A stretch of 64,000 nt of DNA. It comes from an uncultured Oscillospiraceae bacterium. Its GTDB lineage: Bacteria > Bacillota > Clostridia > Christensenellales > Aristaeellaceae. A program made the position numbers and the translations under genes. Below are positions 19,493-28,468 of this stretch, piece by piece. The DNA lies in NCBI GenBank assembly GCA_964640955.1, contig CAZXJI010000005.1:65768-129767 (forward strand), in the 5' to 3' direction. A model generated the notes under the pieces. That model was not told the DNA's origin and did not search any database. It saw only the letters and a program-made list of their open reading frames with translations. Position 1 is the stretch's first letter. Each line of letters starts with the position of its first letter.

Positions 19493-19791
19493 GTATAACC
19501 CTTCTTTCTTTGCCCGGCGGATTGCGCGCCGTTTCCCGAAAATCGCCGGCGGGAAGCCGTTTGCGGTTCCCGGGTCCTTTTCCCCGGCGCGCTCTGATGG
19601 AGATATGATACCATAACGGCGCCGCGTTCTCAACGTCCGTGGGAAAGCGGCAGGGTTCCGCTGCTTTTTTGTTTCTCGCCGTTCCGCCGCCGCCGCGCGG
19701 CCGGGAAGGCGCAGGAGATAAACCCGCGCGTTCGCGTCCGCGGAACGCCCGGATATGCTATAATGGGTGCATCAAAACCGGGAGGTTTGTT

Positions 19792-20964
19792 ATGGCGACG
19801 GCGTTCTTGCACAAGGGGAAGGAAAAGCGCGTATACGGGGGCCACCCGTGGGTGTTTTTGAGCGATATCGACCGCGTGGAGGGCGAGAACGCCGCGGGCG
19901 GCGTGGTGAAGGTGGTCAGCGACCGGGGGCGGTTCCTGGCCATGGCGGTGTACAACCCCCGTTCGCAGATCGCCCTGCGAATCGTAAGCCGCCGCGAGGA
20001 GTCCGTCGATCGCGCATTCATCTTCGGGCGCGTGGAGCGCGCGCTGGCGTACCGCCGCCGGTTTGCCGATCTCAGGTGCTGCCGGCTGGTCTTCGCCGAG
20101 AGCGACGGCCTGCCCGCGGTCATCGCGGACGCGTTCGGCGACGTGATCGTCCTGCAGGTGCTGTGCCTGGGCATGGAGGCCTTCAAACGGGACATCGTGG
20201 ACGCGCTGGTCGAACAGCTGCATCCGGCGGGCATCTACGAGCGCAACGACGTGCCCGTGCGCGAGCTGGAGGGTCTCGCCCAGCAGACCGGCCTCCTGTA
20301 CGGCACGGTGCCCGAGCGGGTGGAGATCGTCGAAAACGGCGTGCGCTTCCTGGTGGACGTGAAGGAAGGGCAGAAGACCGGTTATTTTCTGGACCAGAAG
20401 GAGAACCGCGCCGCCATCGCGCCTTTCGCGCAGGGCGCGCGAACGCTGGACTGCTTTACCCACACGGGCAGCTTCGCCCTGCACGCCGCGCATTACGGCG
20501 CGGGCGATGTGACGGGTGTGGACATCAGCCAGTTCGCCTGCGACTGCGCTACGGAAAACGCGCGCCTCAACGGCGTCGGCGACCGCGTGCGCTTCGAGTG
20601 CGCCAACGCCTTCGACTACCTGCGCGCCGCGCAGGACCGGCACGAGCAGTACGACCTGGTGGTGCTCGACCCGCCCGCCTTTACCAAAACGCGCTCCGCC
20701 GTACCGGGGGCGTTGCGCGGCTATAAGGAGATCAACCTGCGCGGCATGAAGCTGGTCAAAGACGGCGGATACCTGGTCACCTGCTCGTGCAGCCAGCACG
20801 TGCTGCCGGAAATGTTCAGGCAGATGCTGCTTTCCGCCCAGCAGGACGCGCGGGTGCAGCTCAGGCAGGTGGAGTTCCGCACGCAGGGGCGCGACCACCC
20901 CATCCTGCCTTCGTCGCCGGAGACGGAGTACCTGAAATGCGGCATCTATCAGGTGTTCAAGTAA
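19792..20964 (+). CDS. rlmI: class I SAM-dependent rRNA methyltransferase (RlmI/PUA-domain type)
   Basis: Internal ATG after GGAGG. N-terminal KGKEKRVYGGHPWVF (PUA-like). SAM-binding motif VLDCFTHTGSFALHAA and DLVVLDPPAF. A TGnTATAAT extended -10 lies at 19756-19764. Confidence 0.85.
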   Translation: MATAFLHKGKEKRVYGGHPWVFLSDIDRVEGENAAGGVVKVVSDRGRFLAMAVYNPRSQIALRIVSRREESVDRAFIFGRVERALAYRRRFADLRCCRLVFAESDGLPAVIADAFGDVIVLQVLCLGMEAFKRDIVDALVEQLHPAGIYERNDVPVRELEGLAQQTGLLYGTVPERVEIVENGVRFLVDVKEGQKTGYFLDQKENRAAIAPFAQGARTLDCFTHTGSFALHAAHYGAGDVTGVDISQFACDCATENARLNGVGDRVRFECANAFDYLRAAQDRHEQYDLVVLDPPAFTKTRSAVPGALRGYKEINLRGMKLVKDGGYLVTCSCSQHVLPEMFRQMLLSAQQDARVQLRQVEFRTQGRDHPILPSSPETEYLKCGIYQVFK

Positions 20965-20976
20965 TCTGGGAATATG

Positions 20977-21013
20977 AAAAAAACGGCGGAGCCATACGCG
21001 GCTCCGCCGTTTT
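20977..21013. terminator. bidirectional terminator
   Basis: A-run, CGGCGGAGCC-loop-GGCTCCGCCG, T-run, between the convergent rlmI and GNAT genes. Confidence 0.7.
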
Positions 21014-21023
21014 GTGCGTCCAT

Positions 21024-21467
21024 CTATCTGGATTGCGGATCGGTGTACCTGTGCACCGGATCGCGCACCATCAGCCGGTCGCTCACCTGATAAAAGCCGA
21101 CCTTGGCGTACAGGCCCACGGCCGTCTGCGTAAGCAGCATCCCCTTGCCCCGGCAGACGCGCGTATCCGTAAGGGCATAGCGCACCAGCGCGAGCCCCAG
21201 CCCCTTGCCGCGCTCCTCCTCGGCCACCACGACGTCGGCAATGTAGTACACCGTCGCCAGGTCGGAGGTAACGCGCAGGAAGCCCACCAGCTTTCCCGCG
21301 GGATCGAACACGCCGTAGGGATGGGAGTGGCGCAGGCTCACGCGCGAGGTGCGCCGGTCGCGGTCCTTGGCCCAGTAGGTGAGCTTGAGCAGCTTTTCCA
21401 CCGCGCCGAGCCGGAACCTCCGGCGTCTGCAGCTGAGGGTGTACCCGTTGAAACGTTGATCCTTCAT
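21024..21467 (-). CDS. GNAT family N-acetyltransferase
   Basis: 147 aa. Acetyl-CoA binding region VVVAEEERGKGLGLALVRYAL. Confidence 0.8.
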   Translation of the reverse strand: MKDQRFNGYTLSCRRRRFRLGAVEKLLKLTYWAKDRDRRTSRVSLRHSHPYGVFDPAGKLVGFLRVTSDLATVYYIADVVVAEEERGKGLGLALVRYALTDTRVCRGKGMLLTQTAVGLYAKVGFYQVSDRLMVRDPVHRYTDPQSR

Positions 21468-21493
21468 GCTTGCGTTCCTCTCTTCCCGGGCGT

Positions 21494-22447
21494 TTACGCA
21501 CCGCCGACGCGCTCAACCGTATAGCCCAGCGCCTCCAGATCGTTCAGCACGCTGTCCTCCGGGAGCGCCAGGTGCAAAAGCCCCACCGTCACGAAATACG
21601 TGCCGCCGTCCTCAAGCATCGCGGCAAGCCGTTCGGCCATACGCCTGTTTCGCTCGGTCACCAGCTTTAAGTGGTATTCCGCGCAGACGTCCTCGTGCCC
21701 CGGCGCGAGGTAGGTGGTCAGGTACTGATCGGCGAAGGCGTCCGCGTCGCCGTCCCGCCACCAGTCCGGCCAGCTGCGGATGCTCGCGTCCATGCCGGTC
21801 ACGCTCGCGGGGTCGGCAATGGCGTCGCACTCGCTTTGAAGCAGGTAACGCGTCAGCGCGTCGCTGAAGCCCTCCAGCAGATCCGTCTGCTCCGTCGCCG
21901 TTTCCAGATAGGCGACCGCCTTGCCGCTCTGATCGGCGTAGGCCCGCACCTGCTCCTCCACGCCCAGCGAGATCGCCTCGCTCACGTCGGATACGCCCAG
22001 CTCCGCCGCGGTGGAATAGACCGCGAGGGTGTTGACGACCGCCCAGGGCCGCAGATTGTCCAGTGCGCTTGGGGAAATGCCCAGCGTATCGCAGACCTTC
22101 GCAAGCTCCGCGTACAGATCGGCGCCGATCTCGCCTTCCAGCGTCCGCCCCTGCGGCAGCGCCATGCGGGCCTTCACCGCCGCCACGGCCTCCGCCGAGG
22201 TGGTGTCGCACTCGAACACGAACGTATCCGCCCCGGCCATCGCCTGCCGGATGTCCCCGCCGAAGGGATACATGTCCCGGGAACCGATGTGGATGGAGCC
22301 CAGCAGGTACATCCGCCCCTGCTCCCCGGTCACCCGGTACAGAATGCCCCGGCTCCCCGCGGCCGGATGCGCAAGCGTCCAGGCAAGCGCCCCCGCCGCG
22401 ATCGCGGCCGCGGCGGCGAGCACCCACAGCCACCTTCGTTTCCTCAC
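21494..22447 (-). CDS. TraB/GumN family protein
   Basis: LLGSIHIGSRDMYPFGGDI...ADTFVFECD and a C-terminal YFVTVGLLHL motif. GTG start (VRKRRWLWVL..., one TM) overlaps the helicase TGA as GTGA, after GGAGG. An in-frame ATG at 22504 is an alternative start. Confidence 0.75.
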   Translation of the reverse strand: MRKRRWLWVLAAAAAIAAGALAWTLAHPAAGSRGILYRVTGEQGRMYLLGSIHIGSRDMYPFGGDIRQAMAGADTFVFECDTTSAEAVAAVKARMALPQGRTLEGEIGADLYAELAKVCDTLGISPSALDNLRPWAVVNTLAVYSTAAELGVSDVSEAISLGVEEQVRAYADQSGKAVAYLETATEQTDLLEGFSDALTRYLLQSECDAIADPASVTGMDASIRSWPDWWRDGDADAFADQYLTTYLAPGHEDVCAEYHLKLVTERNRRMAERLAAMLEDGGTYFVTVGLLHLALPEDSVLNDLEALGYTVERVGGA

Positions 22448-24801
22448 GTTTCCTCCAGGCTTTCCAGCGCCCGCACCGCTGCGGGCACGTTTTCGTTGCG
22501 CCATTGCCACTCCGCCGGCAGCAGGCGCACGTAGCGCGGGTCGTAATAGCGGTCGTCCATCAGCAGCACCAGCCCCCGGTCGCTCTCCGTGCGGATTACG
22601 CGGCCCGCCGCCTGCGCCACCTTCTGCATGGCGGGGATCATCCACGCGTAGAGGAAGCCGTCGCCGAAGCGCTCCTCGTAGTACCCTTGCAGGGTCTTAA
22701 GGCGCAGGGAGGGCGTCGGCAGGCCCACGCCCACGATCAGCGCGCCGATCAGTTGCTCGCCGGGCAGATCGACCCCCTCGGAAAACAGGCCGCCCAGCAC
22801 GCACAGCCCCAGCCTCGGGCCTTCGCCCTGTGTGAAGGCGTTAAGGAAGCGGCTGCGCGCCTCCTCGGTCATCTCGCTTTCCTGCACCAGCAGCGGGGGC
22901 AGCGGCCGGGCGACGAGCTGCGCAAGCACCAGCCGCAGGTAGGCGTAGCTGGGGAAATAAGCGATGTACTTGCCCGGCCGCATGGTGACCGCCTGCTCGA
23001 TGCTTTCGGCGATCCGCGCGGCGGTCGCCTCCCGGTAGGCGTAGCGCGTCTGCACGCGCGTGCGCACCACCGCGAGCCTTTCGGCGGGGAAGGGGGAGGG
23101 GAGGGAAAAGCACGCGTCCTCCTCCGTGCCGCCCAGCAGCGCGCGCATGGCGGGCAGCGGCGCGAGCGTGGCCGAGAAGAACACCGATCCGCGAAGCCCT
23201 TTGGTGGCCGCGGCGATCATCTCCGCCGGAGAAAGGCAGAAAAGCGTCAGTTCGCGCTCCCGGCCGTGCAGGGTGAGCAGCGTGGCGTAATGCTCCCCGT
23301 CCTGCTCCGCGGCGTAACCGAAGGTCATCAGCGCCCTGAGCAATTGCCCTGCCTTGGAGCGCAGTTCCGCACCGGGCATCGGCCCGGCCAGCAGTTCCCC
23401 GGTCGCCTCGCACAGCTCCCGCGCCGCCTGCACCGCCGCTTCCGGCGGCGCGGACAGGCGGTATTCCCGGGGTTCGCGGAAGGCTTCGGCATCCGGCTCC
23501 GCCGGGGCGTCCGCTTCGGCGCCGCCTTGCGGCTGCGCTTCCCTCAGCGTGGTGATCAGCGCCGACAGCCGCTTGTAGAAAGGGTGCTTTCGCCCCAGCG
23601 CCTTGCCCGCGTCCGTGCGCAGCGCGCGCAGTTCCCGGCTGTCGAGCGACCCGGTGAGGTTGTCCCGCACGCGGGAAAGCAGGTGGTGCGCCTCGTCCGT
23701 GAGCAGGGTAAAGCCGCGGCGCTGAAACAGGCGTTCCAGCTGGGCGAACGGATCGAAGGCATAGTTGATGTCCATCAGCACCACGTCGGCGAGCTCGGTC
23801 AGCTTCAGCGCCAGCTCGAAGGGGCAGATGTGGAACTCGTCGGCGACGGCGGCGATCACTTCCTCCGACCAGACGCCGTCCGTCCGCAGAAGCTTTTGCA
23901 CGGCTTCCGGCTGGCGGAGATAGTGCCCCTTCGCGCGCGGACAGTCGTCCGGGTGGCATCGGGCCGGGGCGGGGCAAAGCTTTTCCCTGGCCAGCAGGGT
24001 GGAAACCCGCGCCTTCATGCCGTCCCGGCGCATCAATTCCAGCGCGTTCAGCGGGCTCTGCCGGGCGGTGGTGCGCGCCGTGAGGTAGACGATCTTGCGC
24101 GTTTTCCCCTCGCCCAGCGCCTTGAGCGCCGGAAAGAGCACCGCCGCGCTTTTGCCCGTGCCGGTGGGCAGCGAAGCGAACAGCCGCTTCCTGCGCGTAA
24201 TGGCGGTGTACACCTGCGCCGCCAGCTCCCGCTGCCCCTGCCGGTAAGCGGGGTAGGGGAAGGGCAGGGCCGCGAGGCTTTCGTCCCGCTTACGGGCACG
24301 GTTGCGCTCCGCTACGGCGAAGGCCAGCCACGGCGCGAGAAGCGCATCCAGCGTTTGCAGGAGCGCCGCACGGGTTACGCGTTTGGGAAACGCGCGTACG
24401 GGCTCGCCCGCCGTGTCGACGTACACCACGCTGATCTCCGCCGTCTGCAGCGATTCGTCCGCGAGGGCGAGCATCGCGCCGTAGAGCAGCGCCTGCGCGC
24501 GGTGCTCGGGCAGGGGGCATTGCGGCGGACGGGCGCACAGCTTGATCTCCTCCACGCAGGGAAGGTCGCCCGCCCGGTAGGCGTCCATGCGGCCGAACAC
24601 CGTTACGGCCTCGCCGTCCCGCGTAAGCTCCGCGCTCAGCGGTTTTTCGGTTTCGAAATCCTCCGCCTGCGCGCGCTCCCGCGCCTGATGGGCCTTCGTG
24701 CCGGCCTGCATTTCCGCCGGGCCGCCGCCGGGTGTGATATCCGGCGGAAAATAGGTGAAGGCTACCAGGTCGCGTACGGACACCCGCAAAGCGTCGCTCA
24801 T
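22444..24801 (-). CDS. PD-(D/E)xK nuclease domain fused to an XPD/DinG-family Fe-S DNA helicase
   Basis: N-terminal GRMDAY...VEEIKL...QALLYGAM (RecB/Cas4-like motifs II, III and QxxxY). Walker A LPTGTGKS. Four Cys (LCPAPARCHPDDCPR...ICPFE) between motifs I and II. DEAH box LLTDEAHHL. Motif VI QAAGRVIRTESDRG. Confidence 0.85.
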   Translation of the reverse strand: MSDALRVSVRDLVAFTYFPPDITPGGGPAEMQAGTKAHQARERAQAEDFETEKPLSAELTRDGEAVTVFGRMDAYRAGDLPCVEEIKLCARPPQCPLPEHRAQALLYGAMLALADESLQTAEISVVYVDTAGEPVRAFPKRVTRAALLQTLDALLAPWLAFAVAERNRARKRDESLAALPFPYPAYRQGQRELAAQVYTAITRRKRLFASLPTGTGKSAAVLFPALKALGEGKTRKIVYLTARTTARQSPLNALELMRRDGMKARVSTLLAREKLCPAPARCHPDDCPRAKGHYLRQPEAVQKLLRTDGVWSEEVIAAVADEFHICPFELALKLTELADVVLMDINYAFDPFAQLERLFQRRGFTLLTDEAHHLLSRVRDNLTGSLDSRELRALRTDAGKALGRKHPFYKRLSALITTLREAQPQGGAEADAPAEPDAEAFREPREYRLSAPPEAAVQAARELCEATGELLAGPMPGAELRSKAGQLLRALMTFGYAAEQDGEHYATLLTLHGRERELTLFCLSPAEMIAAATKGLRGSVFFSATLAPLPAMRALLGGTEEDACFSLPSPFPAERLAVVRTRVQTRYAYREATAARIAESIEQAVTMRPGKYIAYFPSYAYLRLVLAQLVARPLPPLLVQESEMTEEARSRFLNAFTQGEGPRLGLCVLGGLFSEGVDLPGEQLIGALIVGVGLPTPSLRLKTLQGYYEERFGDGFLYAWMIPAMQKVAQAAGRVIRTESDRGLVLLMDDRYYDPRYVRLLPAEWQWRNENVPAAVRALESLEET

Positions 24802-24811
24802 GGTTCCGCGC

Positions 24812-25495
24812 TCAGCTGCGGCGGTTGCGGGAGATCAGCAAAAGCCTCAGCAGCTGCAAAAGGCTGCTGATGGCCGCCGCCACGTAGGTCAGCGCCGCGG
24901 CGGAGAGCACCGCGCGCACGCCGGAGAGCTCCTCCTCATTCAGGTACCCGCCCTCGGCGAGCGCTTCCATCGCGCGGTGGCTGGCGTTGAACTCCACCGG
25001 CAGGGTGATGAGCGAAAAGACGAGCGTCAGCGAGAAGCACAGGATGCCGACCGTGATCAGCGGCTCCCAGGAGAAGATGATCCCCAGGATAAAGATGGGG
25101 AAATAGAGGTTGCTGCCGATGTTGACCACCGGCACGAAAGCGCTGCGCAGCTTCAGCGGCCCGTAATCGTGCCGCTTCTGCATGGCGTGGCCGCATTCGT
25201 GCGCGGCGATGCCCACGGCCGCGATGCTGTCGGAGCCGTACACGCCCTGCGAAAGATGAAGCACGTTGGAGCGGGGGTCGTAGTTGTCGGTCAGCTCCCC
25301 CTCGATGGGCTCGATGGCGACGCCCGCGTTGCCGTCGCGGGCGAGCAGGTCGCGGGAGACGGCCTCGGCGGTCACGCCGCGCGAAGTGCGGATTCTTCCA
25401 TATTTGGCGTAGGCGGATTTCACCTTGAACTGCGCCCAAAGGCCCAACAGCAGACCGGGCAGGAGCAGCACGATCGTCCAATCCATATAAAACAT
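24812..25495 (-). CDS. YugP-like putative neutral zinc metallopeptidase (membrane)
   Basis: Internal ATG after GGAGG (MFYMDWTIVLLLPGLLLGLWAQFKVKS...). HExxH motif AAHECGHAMQ. C-terminal TM segments. Confidence 0.8.
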   Translation of the reverse strand: MFYMDWTIVLLLPGLLLGLWAQFKVKSAYAKYGRIRTSRGVTAEAVSRDLLARDGNAGVAIEPIEGELTDNYDPRSNVLHLSQGVYGSDSIAAVGIAAHECGHAMQKRHDYGPLKLRSAFVPVVNIGSNLYFPIFILGIIFSWEPLITVGILCFSLTLVFSLITLPVEFNASHRAMEALAEGGYLNEEELSGVRAVLSAAALTYVAAAISSLLQLLRLLLISRNRRS

Positions 25496-25649
25496 GCCCA
25501 AACCTCCACAAAAGGCAGTCGATGTGCTATGATGGTCACGGCCAAAAAGCCGTATGAATAGCATACACTATTTTGGCGGAAATTCAAGCCGCAACGCCCG
25601 AAACGCGGACGGAGGCGGCCGCGCCCGACTGTGGAAAGGAGCCTGTCGT

Positions 25650-26153
25650 ATGCGAGAAATTCCCGTAACCGAAGTGGCGAACATCGTAACCGAGAAAATG
25701 GCCAACGGAGGCGTGTTCCTAACCGTGTCCGACGGCGAACGCAAAAACGTGATGACCATCGGCTGGGGCGGCGTGAATACGTTTTTCGGCGCGCCCTGCT
25801 TTCTGGCGCCGGTGCGGCGCAGCCGCTACTCCTACGGCATCATCCGGAAGAACGGAACGTTCACCGTCAGCGTTCCGCTGCACGACATGCGCAGGGAACT
25901 GGCCTTCGCCGGCAGCAAAAGCGGCCGCGACGTGGACAAGTTTTCCGGCCACGGCATGACGGCCGCGCCCGCGCAGGCCGTGGAGGTGCCGATTGTCAAG
26001 GAATGCGAACTGCAAATCGAATGCACGCCGCTGGGACGGGTGGAAATGAACGCCGAGTTGCTGACCCCGGAGGTGCGCAGCCGCTGCTACGCCGACGGGG
26101 ACATGCACGCGTTCTTCCTGGGGAAGATCGTCCGCTGCTATTACGCGGACTGA
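25650..26153 (+). CDS. flavin reductase-like domain protein
   Basis: Internal ATG (MREIPVTEV...). GGVFLTVSDGERKNVMTIGWGG and TFTVSVP resemble the FMN-binding split-barrel family. The 3' end overlaps the convergent kinase gene by 13 nt. Confidence 0.7.
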   Translation: MREIPVTEVANIVTEKMANGGVFLTVSDGERKNVMTIGWGGVNTFFGAPCFLAPVRRSRYSYGIIRKNGTFTVSVPLHDMRRELAFAGSKSGRDVDKFSGHGMTAAPAQAVEVPIVKECELQIECTPLGRVEMNAELLTPEVRSRCYADGDMHAFFLGKIVRCYYAD

Positions 26154-27589
26154 CCCCCGCCGTCCCAGACAAAACGGAATTCGGTGCCGCGGTCCAGTTC
26201 GCTTTGCACCGTCACGCGCATGCCGTGGCGCTGCGCGATCTGTCTGGCGATCGCGAGGCCAAGCCCGCTGCCCTGCCGGTTGTCCTCCGTGCGCGCCTTG
26301 TGGAACCGGTCGAAGATCAGCGGCAACTCCTCCGGGGCGATGCCCCGACCCTCGTCGCGGATGGAAACGGCGTTTTGCGTGAGCGTAACGGTTACGGCGC
26401 TTCCCTCCGGGGAGAACTTGACCGCGTTGTCCAGAATGATCAAAAACATCTGCCGAAGACGGCCGTAGTCGCCGTTCAGCTCCACCGCCTCGTCGGGAAA
26501 AACCTGCGCGAGGCGGATCTTTTTTTCGCGCGCCAATTGCCCCGCGCCGCGCAGCGCGTCGCCCAGCACTTCGTTTAGGGAAAGCGGGGCGCGCTCGATG
26601 GGAAAGTCCGCGTTCTGCAGGCGGGAGAGGTCCATCAGGTCGTTGACCAGCCGCTGCAGGGCGAGCGTTTCCCCAAGCATCTGCCGGTGGTACTCGTCCA
26701 CCTGCTCCGGCCGGGCCACCACCCCGTCGCACAGCGCCTCCAGCGAACCGCGCAGCACGGTCACGGGCGTGCGCAGCTCGTGGCTTACGTTGGAAAGGAA
26801 GTCCCGCCGCCGCTGCTCCTGCCGCTCGTCGGCTTCCCGGGAGGCTTTCAGCCGCCCGCCGAGGCCGTCCATCACCTGCGCGAGCTTGCCGATCTCGTCG
26901 TTTTGCGTAACGCCGGTGCGGACGTCGTAGTCCCCCTCCGAAAGGCGGGCCGCGGCGGCCTGCATGCGGTTGAGCGGCCGGGCGAAACCGTAGGAGAGGA
27001 GCACCGACAAAAGCACCGCGACCGCCAGGGCCGCCGCGCCGCTGTACAGAAGAATCTTCACGCCCTGCGCCGCCGCGGACTGAATGCCGGAAACCGCGTC
27101 GTTGAGCAGCAGCGCGCCCGCGACCGCGTCCCCGTCGTAGATGGGCGCGCCCACGGTGAGCGTGGGCGTCCCCAAAAGCTCGCTGAAGCCCTCGCTGAAG
27201 GCCGCGTTTCCCTCGTACACGGCTTTGACGAGGGTTTCGGCGTCGGCGGGCAGATCGTCGTAGGTCAGGGTGTTGCCCATCATGTGTCCGGCGGTGAGAA
27301 AGGTCAGGTTCTCGTCCAGCACCCACACGTTCGTTTCCACCAGGCTCAGGATGCGCACGTAGGAGCCGTACCCCGACCCCTGCGCGCCGGACATGCGCCC
27401 GCCGTTTTCGCCCATCGCGTCCGACAGGGTCTGCGCGAGGGCCGTGGCGCGGGCGAGCATTTCGTCCTTTTTGGTTTCCACCGTCCAACGCGTGAAAAAC
27501 GCGTTGAACAGGATGCCGCTGACCAGCGCGAACGCCAGCAGCGCCGCGGCGAAGTAGGCCAGCAGCTTGAGGGCGATCTTATTCTTCAT
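26141..27589 (-). CDS. sensor histidine kinase (extracellular sensor domain, HAMP, HisKA, HATPase_c)
   Basis: Two TM segments flank a periplasmic-type domain of about 150 aa. H-box FLSNVSHELRTP; N, G1 and G2 boxes (NAVKF, DEGRGI, GSGLGLAI). Confidence 0.9.
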   Translation of the reverse strand: MKNKIALKLLAYFAAALLAFALVSGILFNAFFTRWTVETKKDEMLARATALAQTLSDAMGENGGRMSGAQGSGYGSYVRILSLVETNVWVLDENLTFLTAGHMMGNTLTYDDLPADAETLVKAVYEGNAAFSEGFSELLGTPTLTVGAPIYDGDAVAGALLLNDAVSGIQSAAAQGVKILLYSGAAALAVAVLLSVLLSYGFARPLNRMQAAAARLSEGDYDVRTGVTQNDEIGKLAQVMDGLGGRLKASREADERQEQRRRDFLSNVSHELRTPVTVLRGSLEALCDGVVARPEQVDEYHRQMLGETLALQRLVNDLMDLSRLQNADFPIERAPLSLNEVLGDALRGAGQLAREKKIRLAQVFPDEAVELNGDYGRLRQMFLIILDNAVKFSPEGSAVTVTLTQNAVSIRDEGRGIAPEELPLIFDRFHKARTEDNRQGSGLGLAIARQIAQRHGMRVTVQSELDRGTEFRFVWDGGGQSA

Positions 27590-28274
27590 CGGAGCCCACC
27601 TCGAACTTGTACCCCACGCCCCAGAGGGTGCGGATGGTCCAGCCCTCCGGCCCGTGCGCGTCCAGCTTGGCGCGCAGGCGTTTGATGTGGGAGTCCACCG
27701 TGCGCGTGTCGCCGAAGTAGTCGTATCCCCACAGGCTTTCCAGCAGGTTGTCCCGGGAAAAGACTTTGCCGGGGTGCGAGGCCAGGGTGTAGAGGATTTC
27801 CAGCTCCTTTTTGGTCAGCGCCACGGGCTGCCCGCCCACCTGCGCGGCGTAATCCGAAAGCCGCACCGTCAGGTTGCCCATCGCAATCGCACCCTGCGGC
27901 GCGGGCTTGCTCTGCTCAAGCCGCCTGAGCACCGCGCGCAGCCGCGCCATCACCTCGCCGGGGGAGAAGGGCTTGACGATGTAATCGTCCGCGCCGATGT
28001 CCAGCCCCATGATCTTTTCGTAATCCTCGCCCTTCGCGGTGATCATGATGACGGGCACGGCGGACGTGCGCCGTATCTCCCGGCAGACGGAGAAGCCGTC
28101 GATTTTGGGCATCATCACGTCCAGCAGCACCGCGTCGGGCTTGAGGCTGTTAAACAGCCGCAGCGCCTCCTCCCCGTCGGCCGCGACCGCCGGGGTATGC
28201 CCTTCCTTTTTCAGATATTCCTCCAATACGGACGCGATCTGCCGATTGTCGTCCGCGACCAGTACGGTTGCCAT
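27579..28274 (-). CDS. OmpR-family response regulator
   Basis: Internal ATG after AAGGAGG (MATVLVADDNRQI...). Receiver Asp LLDVMMP. Winged-helix region TVDSHIKRLRAKL...WGVGYKF. Confidence 0.9.
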   Translation of the reverse strand: MATVLVADDNRQIASVLEEYLKKEGHTPAVAADGEEALRLFNSLKPDAVLLDVMMPKIDGFSVCREIRRTSAVPVIMITAKGEDYEKIMGLDIGADDYIVKPFSPGEVMARLRAVLRRLEQSKPAPQGAIAMGNLTVRLSDYAAQVGGQPVALTKKELEILYTLASHPGKVFSRDNLLESLWGYDYFGDTRTVDSHIKRLRAKLDAHGPEGWTIRTLWGVGYKFEVGSDEE

Positions 28275-28468
28275 AGGCGCCTCCTTTTCGGTCGGGTGCT
28301 TTACGGGTAAAAGGATACCCGTTTGAAGCGGCGGGGAAGCGGCGTTTTTCGCCGGGGTGAAAATGCCACGAATACGATGCGGAAAAGACACAATTTCGCC
28401 ACGGATGTCGGCTATCTTATAGTCACGGCAAGGGATTGCCGGAGAATGAAAGAAGAGGTGCTTACCCC

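Noticed and set aside
22063-24870. 935-aa plus-strand ORF opposite the helicase and TraB genes.
   Set aside because: Same Arg/Pro/Gly-rich shadow-ORF composition. The minus-strand frame has complete helicase motifs.
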